A stretch of 64,000 nt of DNA from Candidatus Aenigmatarchaeota archaeon (GTDB lineage: Archaea > Aenigmatarchaeota > Aenigmatarchaeia > PWEA01 > JACQIF01), in the NCBI GenBank assembly GCA_016432325.1, contig CP066684.1, forward strand, positions 704,001-768,000. The letters run 5' to 3'. A model generated the notes under the pieces. That model had not been told where the DNA came from and ran no database searches. It saw only the letters and a program-made list of their open reading frames with translations. Shown here in pieces: positions 55,787 through 64,000 of this stretch (its first letter is position 1; the number at the start of each line of letters is the position of its first letter). A program made the translations under genes and the position numbers.

Positions 55787-56185
55787 CTACACTATTTCGG
55801 CGAGATGCGTTATGAACCTTACGCGGTCCCGCAAACCCGATTCCGCAACCAATCGTTTGTATAGCGGATGGAAACGCCCGGGGTTGTTGTAGAATATTAC
55901 TTCGTCGAAAGGAGCGAGCTTCGCGTTGAAATCCTCGACAAGCGCGACGAACTCAGCCACGCTTACGCTGTTCGGGTCTTTCTCGTACCATGCGTGCGAG
56001 ACGTCGGGAAACCAGACGCCGTGCAGGTCTGAGAGTATGGCCCATCGAACGCCTTGCGATCTGCACCGTTCCATGAAGCGTTGCGTCGGCGTGGCGGTGT
56101 AGAGTGCGTCAGGCCCGACAGCTTTGACCGTGTCGCGCAGGGAGTCATCCTTCTTTGCCGAGCAGTGCGTGAGATAGAGTTTCAT
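55787..56185 (-). CDS. DUF6884-like protein
   Basis: CSAKK, LY, W.ILS..HG, YE. Confidence 0.55.
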   Translation of the reverse strand: MKLYLTHCSAKKDDSLRDTVKAVGPDALYTATPTQRFMERCRSQGVRWAILSDLHGVWFPDVSHAWYEKDPNSVSVAEFVALVEDFNAKLAPFDEVIFYNNPGRFHPLYKRLVAESGLRDRVRFITHLAEIV

Positions 56186-56200
56186 CGGACAGCCCCTAAA

Positions 56201-56818
56201 CTACTGGAAAGCTGGATCGAACTTTTTTTCGTCGGAGCGTCGCTTGACGCGTTTTATCGCCCTCAATTTTTCGAGACTGGCAACTACATCTTTCTCTGAC
56301 ATGCCGACGTGTTGCGCTATCTCGGCAGGATCTCTGGTCGTCATCCATTCCAGTACCCTTGCCGCTTGCGCCTCTGGGATATCGAGGTTCTTCGCAAGAG
56401 CCCTAGCAGATGCGGGATCCTCGTCGACGAATAAACATTTCCTTCCAGGGACGTCGCCTGTGAAAAAGTACTCCTTCGCGCCTATACGCAGCGAATTGAT
56501 TGCGTTCTCCTCCACCATAATCTCGGGTCCCAAGAGTGTCAGCAGGCCTCCCATTTCATCGAAGCTAACGTATGGTCTGCCGTCGCGGCTTCTGAAATTG
56601 TAGTCTCTCGTCTTTTCGTCATATCGTATCTCGGCGCCAAGGCGCATGGATTTGGTTTTCATGCTCCCGCCCATAAGCGCATACCAAGCTCCGGCCACCC
56701 TTACGATTGGTAAAGCCCCTTCGACAGAGGACTCCTTCGTCACAAACTTGCCGTGCTCTTTGACTATTTCCTTGATTTCCTTGATAGAAAGCCGTCTGTT
56801 TGCATAACTCTTGGTCAT
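56201..56818 (-). CDS. hypothetical protein with C-terminal wHTH
   Basis: AEIAQHVGMSEKDV..SLEKL. Confidence 0.6.
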   Translation of the reverse strand: MTKSYANRRLSIKEIKEIVKEHGKFVTKESSVEGALPIVRVAGAWYALMGGSMKTKSMRLGAEIRYDEKTRDYNFRSRDGRPYVSFDEMGGLLTLLGPEIMVEENAINSLRIGAKEYFFTGDVPGRKCLFVDEDPASARALAKNLDIPEAQAARVLEWMTTRDPAEIAQHVGMSEKDVVASLEKLRAIKRVKRRSDEKKFDPAFQ

Positions 56819-56822
56819 CGAC

Positions 56823-57407
56823 TCACCCGAATATCCCACCGAATCCTTCGAAAGCCTTCTGCTCCTCGTCATAAATCTTCTTGATGATTTCATCCTTCTT
56901 GGCGCCCGTAACCTCTTCGACCAGTCCGGTCAGAAGCTCGCGCGCAAGCGCGCACGCGCCGTCCGCCCCGTCTATGAGCAGCACCTGTCCTTTCTCATAA
57001 CCGAATTGCGTCGCGTCCTTGAATATTATGGTCTGGCGTTCGATGGACTCGGTTCCTATGCCAAGCACGTTACGAGCCTTGTCCACGTTAGTCAACTCCC
57101 AGACAGCCACGTCGCCTTTCAGAGGATCATCGTCCTCTCCAAGACTCTTGTTGTACGCGTCCCGTATTCTCGTGCGCTCTTCAACGCTCTCCTCATTGGC
57201 AACTTTGGACAATAGGCTTTTGAGTAGTTCGTACGCCTTGTCGTTGGGTCTCAACAGAAGCATGAAGTAAAACTTGTCTCCAGAGAGGCCGATGTCCTTG
57301 GCGGTCCGCGTGACGAACGTCCTTTTTGAAACGGAATTGTTGCCGACGCCTACTATGTCTTTCACGGCATCCGCGTTCTTCCCCGGCACCAAAAACAGCG
57401 CTTGCAT
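56823..57407 (-). CDS. hypothetical protein (two related half-domains)
   Basis: 194 aa, ends EE.KAFEGFGGIFG. Confidence 0.7.
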   Translation of the reverse strand: MQALFLVPGKNADAVKDIVGVGNNSVSKRTFVTRTAKDIGLSGDKFYFMLLLRPNDKAYELLKSLLSKVANEESVEERTRIRDAYNKSLGEDDDPLKGDVAVWELTNVDKARNVLGIGTESIERQTIIFKDATQFGYEKGQVLLIDGADGACALARELLTGLVEEVTGAKKDEIIKKIYDEEQKAFEGFGGIFG

Positions 57408-57428
57408 TGAATCACGCTGAGAACGAAG

Positions 57429-57866
57429 CTATTTAACCTTCTTTACGGGCGCTGCTGTCGCTTTCTCATCGCCGTCTTTCTTCTCCTCTTGCTTCCCGCC
57501 CTTCCTCGCCTTCTCCGTTTCTTTCCGCTCTCGCGCCTTCTTGCCGTGCTGCGTCCACGCTTCCACCAACCACTCCTTCTCTTCGTCCTTGGCGGTGGCG
57601 CGCAGGTCTATCTTAACCTCGGGCTGTTCGATTTGCTGCTCGACAACCTTGGCAGCCGTCTCGGCATGCTCCATCGAATACTCCTTCTCCTTCGTCTCCT
57701 CCTCTTCGGGTTTCTTCTCCTCTTCCTTTTTTTGTATCGCGTAGCCTTCTATGCTCTTGACTACATATGCCGTGTCTCCGCGCACGTCAAACTCCTTGTG
57801 TGCGCTCTCTTCCTCTTCCTTCTCCTTCTCCCTTTGCGTCACGTAACGCCCGCCGCGGAATACCAT
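57429..57866 (-). CDS. Lys/Glu-rich hypothetical protein
   Basis: Low-complexity charged ORF. Confidence 0.6.
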   Translation of the reverse strand: MVFRGGRYVTQREKEKEEEESAHKEFDVRGDTAYVVKSIEGYAIQKKEEEKKPEEEETKEKEYSMEHAETAAKVVEQQIEQPEVKIDLRATAKDEEKEWLVEAWTQHGKKARERKETEKARKGGKQEEKKDGDEKATAAPVKKVK

Positions 57867-57906
57867 GCAATCGGAATATTTAGCCGGGAAAGAGATAAAT
57901 AAAGAG

Positions 57907-58416
57907 ATGAGAGAAGCGATAGTCATAGCGGTTCTGATCACGGCAGGATGCGTGGCAGGGGAGGCGGCGGATATGCTAACGTTGAAAAGCGGCGCATTCG
58001 CGGACGGTGGAGAGATTCCCGAGAAATACGGCTACAAACGAGATAACGTGAGTCCGCCTCTGGAGATATCCAGCGTGCCTGCCGACGCACGGTCACTCGT
58101 TCTGATAATGGACGACCCGGACGCGCAGCGCGTTGCCGGGCGCGTGTGGGTTCACTGGGTCGTCTGGAACATGCCTGCTGAAACGCGTGCGATAGAAGAA
58201 GGCGAGTCGCCGGGAATAGAAGGCAAAACGGACTTCGGGACAGTCGGTTACGGAGGACCCGCGCCGCCGGACCGCCCGCACGTGTACGTCTTTAAATTGT
58301 ATGCGTTAGACGCGATGTTGGACTTGCCCGAAGGTTCGACAAAGGAGCAGGTCGAAGCCGCGATGCGCGGGCACGTCATAGCGCAAACGCAGCTGAAAGG
58401 AAGATACGCGCCTTAG
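57907..58416 (+). CDS. YbhB/YbcL (PEBP/RKIP-like) lipoprotein
   Basis: TAGC lipobox, SPPL, MDDPDA, WVHW, YGGPAPP, H.Y.F.LYALD. Confidence 0.92.
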   Translation: MREAIVIAVLITAGCVAGEAADMLTLKSGAFADGGEIPEKYGYKRDNVSPPLEISSVPADARSLVLIMDDPDAQRVAGRVWVHWVVWNMPAETRAIEEGESPGIEGKTDFGTVGYGGPAPPDRPHVYVFKLYALDAMLDLPEGSTKEQVEAAMRGHVIAQTQLKGRYAP

Positions 58417-60425
58417 TCTCGCAACTGGTCCATCAGCCTTTTGCTCGGCTTCCAGCCAAGCGTGCGCGTGGCAGCGGTGGTATCTACTTTCACGCGGCGG
58501 TATGTAGGCGTGAGTTGCCTCGTGCGAGGGCCGTTCTTCTTCATCGCACGCAAAAGCGTTCCGCCTCCAAGAATCAGCGTGGATGCAAACCAGTGAGGAA
58601 CGTACACCGCACGCATCTTCGGATTGAGTTCGCTCAGGCGCAAGCGCAGCGCGTCTTCGAGTATGACGCTGTCCGGATGCACGATGTTGAAGACCTTGCC
58701 CGCGGAAGAGGCGTTCTGAAGGGCCCGTATGACAGCGTCTGCGACATCGTCCGCGTGAACCATCGCCAAAGGTTTCTTTCCGTCGATAAGGCACAAGAGA
58801 AGGCCGTTCATCCTGCGGCCCGATAGTTTCTCGAGAGTGCGTCCGCGGCCGAAGACGAGACCGGGGCGAAGTATGGTCCACGGAGGCTTGCCGGATAGAT
58901 GCGACAGCGCAACCTCTTCGGCCTGTTTCTTTGCGACGGTCGCCGCGCCGCGCTGATGCGGCTGTGATTCGAGAGGAGTCTCTTCGGTCATGACATCGCC
59001 GTTTTTGAGAGAAGCGTAGTCATAGATTCCCATGGAGCCGATATGTATCACGCGCTTCGCGCCTGTGCACGCCGCCACGTTCTGCGTGCCACGAACACTC
59101 GTGGAGATTATGAAGTCGCGACTGCCGCGCAGTGCTGCCGCGCCGTGTACGATTGCGTCCGCGCCTTTCGCAGCGTCCTTGACGTCCGCAAGATTCCTGA
59201 TGTCACCGAAACGTATTTCGACTCCGAGGCGTTCGAGCGCGTCGATGCGCGAGAGAGGCCGTACGAACGCCCGCACGCGATAGCCGTCTTTAACCAGACG
59301 TTCCACAATGGCAGAGCCGAGATAGCCGGCCGCACCCGTGACGAGCACCGTGCCGCGCTTCGCATCTTTCTGTTTTGAAGGCCGCGCTGTCGTGTCGAGG
59401 CGCAACCGTCCGCCTTGCTTCACGATTTGCTCCTCGACTTCGCTCACTGCGAGAGCCAGCTCTTGCGAGACGGGCGCAGGCCCGTTGCTTGCAAGAGCCG
59501 CATAAAACTCTTCAATGAGAACGTGCAAGCCGTGGTAAGGAACCAGACGCTTCGTAAGATGTTCGTAGATGTTCCTGAAGGTGCTGCCTGTCAGCTGGCG
59601 AGCCTTGTTCAGGTTCGCGCGCAGCCTGTAGAGGCGGCCTTCCTTTTCGACAAGCACGGTCATAGTCATGTAGTCCACTGTAACGGAGCCGCGCTCGCAC
59701 TGCACGCGGACGAAACGCGTTGGCGGTCGCGTGGCCATCGAGAGCACCGCATGCGCCGTTGCGGACGAGCCTTCCATGGTTATCTCTATATGGTCTGTGA
59801 GCCCTTGGGGAAGGGAGCCCGTCGCTTTGTGCGTCACGTGTACGTCGAGAGGTTTGCCGATAAGGTAGAGTGAGAGATAGAGCGGATGCGCAAAGACGTC
59901 GTGCATCGGTCCTCCTGGAAGACCGAAGCTCCAATGTACGTTTTCCTTCCTCGCAAGCTCCTGCTCCAGCGAGTATTGGCACTCGACGCGCACCACACGG
60001 CCCAGCGCGCCGCTCTGCACGATTTGGAAAGCTTCGCGAGTGCGCGGGTGGAAGAGCAGTATGAAATCCGGACATATCAGGACGCCTTTCTTGGCCGCGC
60101 GCCTGTATAGGTCCGCGGCCTCGGCGTGCGTCAGTGTCATCGGCTTTTCTATCAGAACGTTAACTCCGGCTTCTATAGCGCGCTTCGCCTGCTCGTAGTG
60201 GTAGAACGGAGGAGTCGTTATGTGCAGCACGTCGAGCTTCGTTTTGAGCAGTTCGTCCAGCGAGCCGTACGCGCGTGCGCCGCACTTCTCGGCGAAGCGC
60301 TTGGCGGCGTCGACGTTGACGTCGGCTACTCCAACGACCTGCGCGCCCGTTCTGGACAGGAACTTCACATGGTGTTCTGCGACAAAGCCGCAGCCGACGA
60401 TACCTACGCGCAAACGTCGAGACAT
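58413..60425 (-). CDS. Gfo/Idh/MocA oxidoreductase fused to an NAD-dependent epimerase/dehydratase
   Basis: GIVGCG, EKP; second domain VTGAAGYLG, ILRPGLVFG. Confidence 0.88.
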   Translation of the reverse strand: MSRRLRVGIVGCGFVAEHHVKFLSRTGAQVVGVADVNVDAAKRFAEKCGARAYGSLDELLKTKLDVLHITTPPFYHYEQAKRAIEAGVNVLIEKPMTLTHAEAADLYRRAAKKGVLICPDFILLFHPRTREAFQIVQSGALGRVVRVECQYSLEQELARKENVHWSFGLPGGPMHDVFAHPLYLSLYLIGKPLDVHVTHKATGSLPQGLTDHIEITMEGSSATAHAVLSMATRPPTRFVRVQCERGSVTVDYMTMTVLVEKEGRLYRLRANLNKARQLTGSTFRNIYEHLTKRLVPYHGLHVLIEEFYAALASNGPAPVSQELALAVSEVEEQIVKQGGRLRLDTTARPSKQKDAKRGTVLVTGAAGYLGSAIVERLVKDGYRVRAFVRPLSRIDALERLGVEIRFGDIRNLADVKDAAKGADAIVHGAAALRGSRDFIISTSVRGTQNVAACTGAKRVIHIGSMGIYDYASLKNGDVMTEETPLESQPHQRGAATVAKKQAEEVALSHLSGKPPWTILRPGLVFGRGRTLEKLSGRRMNGLLLCLIDGKKPLAMVHADDVADAVIRALQNASSAGKVFNIVHPDSVILEDALRLRLSELNPKMRAVYVPHWFASTLILGGGTLLRAMKKNGPRTRQLTPTYRRVKVDTTAATRTLGWKPSKRLMDQLRD

Positions 60426-60446
60426 GAGAAGAAAAGCGCGAATGAC

Positions 60447-61364
60447 CTATTTAATGGCTACTTTGTACGCCTTCGTCAGCGCCGCGACATCGAACTTCTT
60501 CATCTTGAGGAACGCCTCGGTGACGCGCGCCACGGCCGCCGCGTCCTTGCTCGCCATCATCCCGTCGATGACTGTCGGAACGATTTGCCAAGATACGCCG
60601 TAACGGTCCTTCAACCAACCGCACTGCTCAGACTCGGGCACGGCCGAGAGCTTCCAGTAATAATCGATCTCTTTTTGGTCCTCGCAACGCACGATGAACG
60701 AAATGGCCTCGTTGAAAGCGAACTTGTGCTCGTGCGCGCTGTCCATGGCGCCAAACTCCTGGCCTTCGAGGATGAACGATGCGTATTTTACAGTTCCTTC
60801 TTTATCGGGCTCTTCGCCCTTACCGTGGCGGGCACGAACGTCTACTCCCGTATCGTGGAATACAGACGCGTAGAAACGGATCGCGTCCTCGGCCTTTCCG
60901 CAGACTTTTCCAACAAACATAAGAAAGGGCGTAATCCTTTGCTTAAACTCGCCTTCCACGAAGATGATTTGCCACGATAAACCGTAACGATCCTGGAGCC
61001 ATCCGTAACGCTTGCTGAACGGGTACGAACCAAGTTCCATCAGAACCGTGCCACCCTCAGAAAGTTTGGCCCAGATCGTGTCGACCTCCTCCATGCTCGC
61101 GCACTTGACGTGGAACGAAACGGACGGGTTGAACTTGAAGAGCGGGCCCGCGCTGATGGCCATGAAGTCGTATCCCAGTATTTTGAAAGAAACGATGTCG
61201 ACGGAGCCCGACGGGGTGTTGTGTATAGTCGTGACATTCCTTATTTCCGAATCCCCCGTGAAGGCCGAAACGTAGAACGCCGCGGCTTCCTTCGCTTCCT
61301 TGTCGAACCACAGGTGTGGGACGATTTTTTGTGACGCTGCTTGTGCTTCGCCTTTTGCCACCAT
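60447..61364 (-). CDS. tandem VOC/PhnB-like (3-dmu-9 3-methyltransferase family) protein
   Basis: IVPHLWF...AKEAA.FY and GWL.DRYG.SWQ twice. Confidence 0.9.
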   Translation of the reverse strand: MVAKGEAQAASQKIVPHLWFDKEAKEAAAFYVSAFTGDSEIRNVTTIHNTPSGSVDIVSFKILGYDFMAISAGPLFKFNPSVSFHVKCASMEEVDTIWAKLSEGGTVLMELGSYPFSKRYGWLQDRYGLSWQIIFVEGEFKQRITPFLMFVGKVCGKAEDAIRFYASVFHDTGVDVRARHGKGEEPDKEGTVKYASFILEGQEFGAMDSAHEHKFAFNEAISFIVRCEDQKEIDYYWKLSAVPESEQCGWLKDRYGVSWQIVPTVIDGMMASKDAAAVARVTEAFLKMKKFDVAALTKAYKVAIK

Positions 61365-61468
61365 CGCCACCCCATTCAAATGCCCTTCGGCGCCATATAT
61401 AATGTTGCCCTTAACCGGGCCTCCGTTGGATTCCATTTGCATTTATTAAGCGTCTGCGCATCTAGTCC

Positions 61469-62659
61469 ATGAAACCGTTCATTCTTCTGGCCATCGTCTT
61501 CATAGCCGGGTGCGTGGCGTCCTCTGAGCTGCCTCCGCTCGCCGCGTCTGAAGAAGGTGGCACGGGACCGTCAGGCGAGAGTACACCCGACACAACGCAG
61601 GATGTCGATTCCATCAACGAAACAGAAGCCGAGGAGCCGCTCTCTTATGAAGAAACGGTTTGGAAGGAGAGGGTTGACGCCGCTCTGGAGCCCGCGTCCT
61701 GCCCGGCGTTGCGCAAGAAAACGTATCCGGAAGGATATTATAAGGGACCTCTCATAGACACGCACCTGCACATTCCCTCGATTCCGACCTCGCCGCCCGG
61801 CGAGGAGGACGAGGAAGAGGACCAATTCCCGCGTCTCGGCGTCAACGTGAAGGTGGCTGATGTGGTGTGCACACTAAAGCACGAAAACACGAAGAGCGCG
61901 TTCGTGTTCTTCCCGGTCTCAAGGGACGAATACGAAATTTCTGTGGAGGTCGTGAACAGGACGATGCGAACATACGATGTCTTCGTCCCTTTCATAATGC
62001 CGCCGGACGATGACGGTTCACCGACAGGCTACCCCACCGTGGACGCTGATAAGCTGGAAAAGATGATTGGCGTGTATCCAGAGCTGTTCGAGGGATACGG
62101 CGAGATAGGCCTATATGAACGCCGGGGAGGAGCGGCCGAGCTGCCGCCGGATTCCGAGAGGCTGACGAACATCTATCCCATCGTTAGGGAGCACGAACTC
62201 GCGGTCTATTTCCATCCCGGCGAGGATCAGGAAGAGAGTCTGGAGCGCGTTCTCGATGCTTACCCAGACGTCAACTTCATCGTTCACGGCGAGCAGATAG
62301 AGGACGAGATTGCCGGCCTGATGTCCAGACACGACAATGTCTATTTCACCGTCAACGACCTCTATGGTGACCAGTACCTCCTGCATCCCGGCGAAGACGT
62401 GGACAGTTTCCTTGCCGCCACAGACGAATATGAGCCCCTCCTTGAGAAGGACCTCGGCACGTGGAAGAGCCGCATCGAAGCGCATCCCGATCAGTTCGTC
62501 TGGGGCACGGATCGCGGAGGAATCGCCGTGTGGACGTTCGACAAAGCCGTTGGAGAGCGCCTGAACGACTACGGGCGCGCTTTCATCGGCCGCCTGAACC
62601 CGGATGTGCAGGAGAAATTCGCCTACAGGAATGCCGAGAGGATAGTCGAGGGAAGATAG
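61469..62659 (+). CDS. amidohydrolase-family lipoprotein
   Basis: IAGC lipobox, IDTHLH, GEIG, H, WGTD, AYRNA. Confidence 0.85.
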   Translation: MKPFILLAIVFIAGCVASSELPPLAASEEGGTGPSGESTPDTTQDVDSINETEAEEPLSYEETVWKERVDAALEPASCPALRKKTYPEGYYKGPLIDTHLHIPSIPTSPPGEEDEEEDQFPRLGVNVKVADVVCTLKHENTKSAFVFFPVSRDEYEISVEVVNRTMRTYDVFVPFIMPPDDDGSPTGYPTVDADKLEKMIGVYPELFEGYGEIGLYERRGGAAELPPDSERLTNIYPIVREHELAVYFHPGEDQEESLERVLDAYPDVNFIVHGEQIEDEIAGLMSRHDNVYFTVNDLYGDQYLLHPGEDVDSFLAATDEYEPLLEKDLGTWKSRIEAHPDQFVWGTDRGGIAVWTFDKAVGERLNDYGRAFIGRLNPDVQEKFAYRNAERIVEGR

Positions 62660-62660
62660 G

Positions 62661-63824
62661 ATGCACTACAAGACGTTCCTTATAGTCGGGATTCTTCTCT
62701 CCGCGGGTTGCGTAGGAGAGAAACAAGAGTACGAACCCACCGGAAACGCGACGATCGGGTACATAGGATGCTCGAATACACGGGAGACGGTTGAAGGATA
62801 TTATCACAATGGCGGCTCGCAGATGTGGCACTACGACAAGAGGTATGATTCCGGTACTGTTGTTGACTGGGCGCGTGACGCGGAAAGCGACTATTGGGAA
62901 GTATTTGATGACCTAACCGATAGAAATCCAAGGACCAAGATAATATGGTGGGAGCTTTGCATAATGGACGGCGAGAGGGAAACGAGTTACGAACACGCCG
63001 CCATCGTATTAGACCGCATAAGAGAACGGATCCCGGACGCGGTAATCTACGTATCGCCGCTCGCGGAATACACGGACGGAGTGTGTGAAATAACAGGCAC
63101 GTGGGGATTGGAAAAAGCGCAGGAGTTGGCGTCGGAACTGGACGATAAGAACGAGGATGTATCCCTTGGTCCTGTCCTTGGGCCGATGACTCCGGAGTTT
63201 ACGCGCGAAGACGGATGCCATCTTAGCCAGGACGGAAAATGGAACTTGGGCCGCCAGCTAAGGAAGTTCTTCGACGCGCCCGGCAGCGCGACCGTTGGAT
63301 ACATCGGATGCTCTAACACAAGGCAGACAATCGACGGCTACCGCATGGTAGGAGGCACCGAGATATGGGAACCGAACCAAGCCTCGCACAGAGACTATGA
63401 CAGCGGTTCCGTGGAAGGTTGGGCGAGGATGGAAGACAATTTTTGGAGAAACTTTGATATTTACCTGGAATGGAATCCCAACACGACAACGATGTGGTGG
63501 GAGTTGTGCGTTCCAGAAGATCACGCGACGCCGTACGAAGGGGCCGTTGTCGTACTGAACGAGGTTCGCGCACGAATACCCGGAGTCACTTTTTACGTAA
63601 CCCCCCTTCCGGACTACACAGAAGGCGTGTGCAGGATAACGGGCACGGCAGGAATTGAACGGGCGCGCGCCCTGGCGCTCGAGCTGGACGAGCGCAACGA
63701 GGACGTGCTTATGGGCCCGGAGCTGGGTCCCATGACACCCGAATATACAGATGCGGACGGATGCCATCTCACCGTCGAGGGAGCGCGCGCGTTGGGCGAG
63801 CAGCTGAAAGAGTTCTTCGGCTAG
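62661..63824 (+). CDS. lipoprotein with two tandem SGNH-like hydrolase domains
   Basis: SAGC lipobox; GYIGCSNT ... DGCHL repeated twice. Confidence 0.7.
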   Translation: MHYKTFLIVGILLSAGCVGEKQEYEPTGNATIGYIGCSNTRETVEGYYHNGGSQMWHYDKRYDSGTVVDWARDAESDYWEVFDDLTDRNPRTKIIWWELCIMDGERETSYEHAAIVLDRIRERIPDAVIYVSPLAEYTDGVCEITGTWGLEKAQELASELDDKNEDVSLGPVLGPMTPEFTREDGCHLSQDGKWNLGRQLRKFFDAPGSATVGYIGCSNTRQTIDGYRMVGGTEIWEPNQASHRDYDSGSVEGWARMEDNFWRNFDIYLEWNPNTTTMWWELCVPEDHATPYEGAVVVLNEVRARIPGVTFYVTPLPDYTEGVCRITGTAGIERARALALELDERNEDVLMGPELGPMTPEYTDADGCHLTVEGARALGEQLKEFFG

Positions 63825-63840
63825 ACGGTCGCCTCGACTC

Positions 63841-64000
63841 TCACCCTGAATGATTTTCAGACAGCATCCGGTTCCACTTGGCCCACAAGTCTTCCGCGGG
63901 CTTGCCCCTTACAGAGAGGTCCGGGCAAAGCGGGTTCTCCCAATGGGTATATCCAAACTGGACGTAACCGATTACAAACGGCCTCTGGCTCATCGCCCTG
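63841..64000 (-). CDS. C-terminal fragment of a gene entering from the right (possibly TIM-barrel glycoside hydrolase-like)
   Basis: ...RPFVIGYVQFGY...SVRGKPAEDLWAKW...stop. Confidence 0.45.
   Translation of the reverse strand, partial: RAMSQRPFVIGYVQFGYTHWENPLCPDLSVRGKPAEDLWAKWNRMLSENHSG

Noticed and set aside
39037-57436. Recurring aagctattta motif (near 39037, 52196, 57426)
   Set aside because: Best explained as an ordinary minus-strand TATA promoter consensus.

Overview
GC-rich archaeal chromosome segment with a DPANN-like gene set. It encodes EF-1alpha, IleRS, archaeal ThrRS, AsnRS, class II LysRS, GatCAB, Nop5, S17e, two DHH proteins, pilin-like and large surface proteins, and several lower-GC accessory genes. 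The most unusual content is non-coding. (1) All seven tRNA genes I can reconstruct (Gln-TTG, Asn-GTT, Glu-CTC, Arg-TCG, Leu-GAG, Leu-CAA, Gly-CCC) are interrupted, with 16 bulge-helix-bulge (BHB)-type introns in total. tRNA-Leu(CAA) appears to have four introns, and six tRNAs share a related intron at position 59/60. (2) A family of about 45-60 nt twin-hairpin inserts has the architecture X - hairpin - complement of X - loop - X, where X is local host sequence. These inserts duplicate start codons, a Shine-Dalgarno (SD) site, a TATA box and tRNA 5' ends. They stack and nest, and they share hairpin modules with the tRNA introns. No transposase, integrase, reverse transcriptase or CRISPR array is visible. 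Single-gene cassettes flanked by short target duplications also occur. All calls were made by eye, without database searches or folding software.
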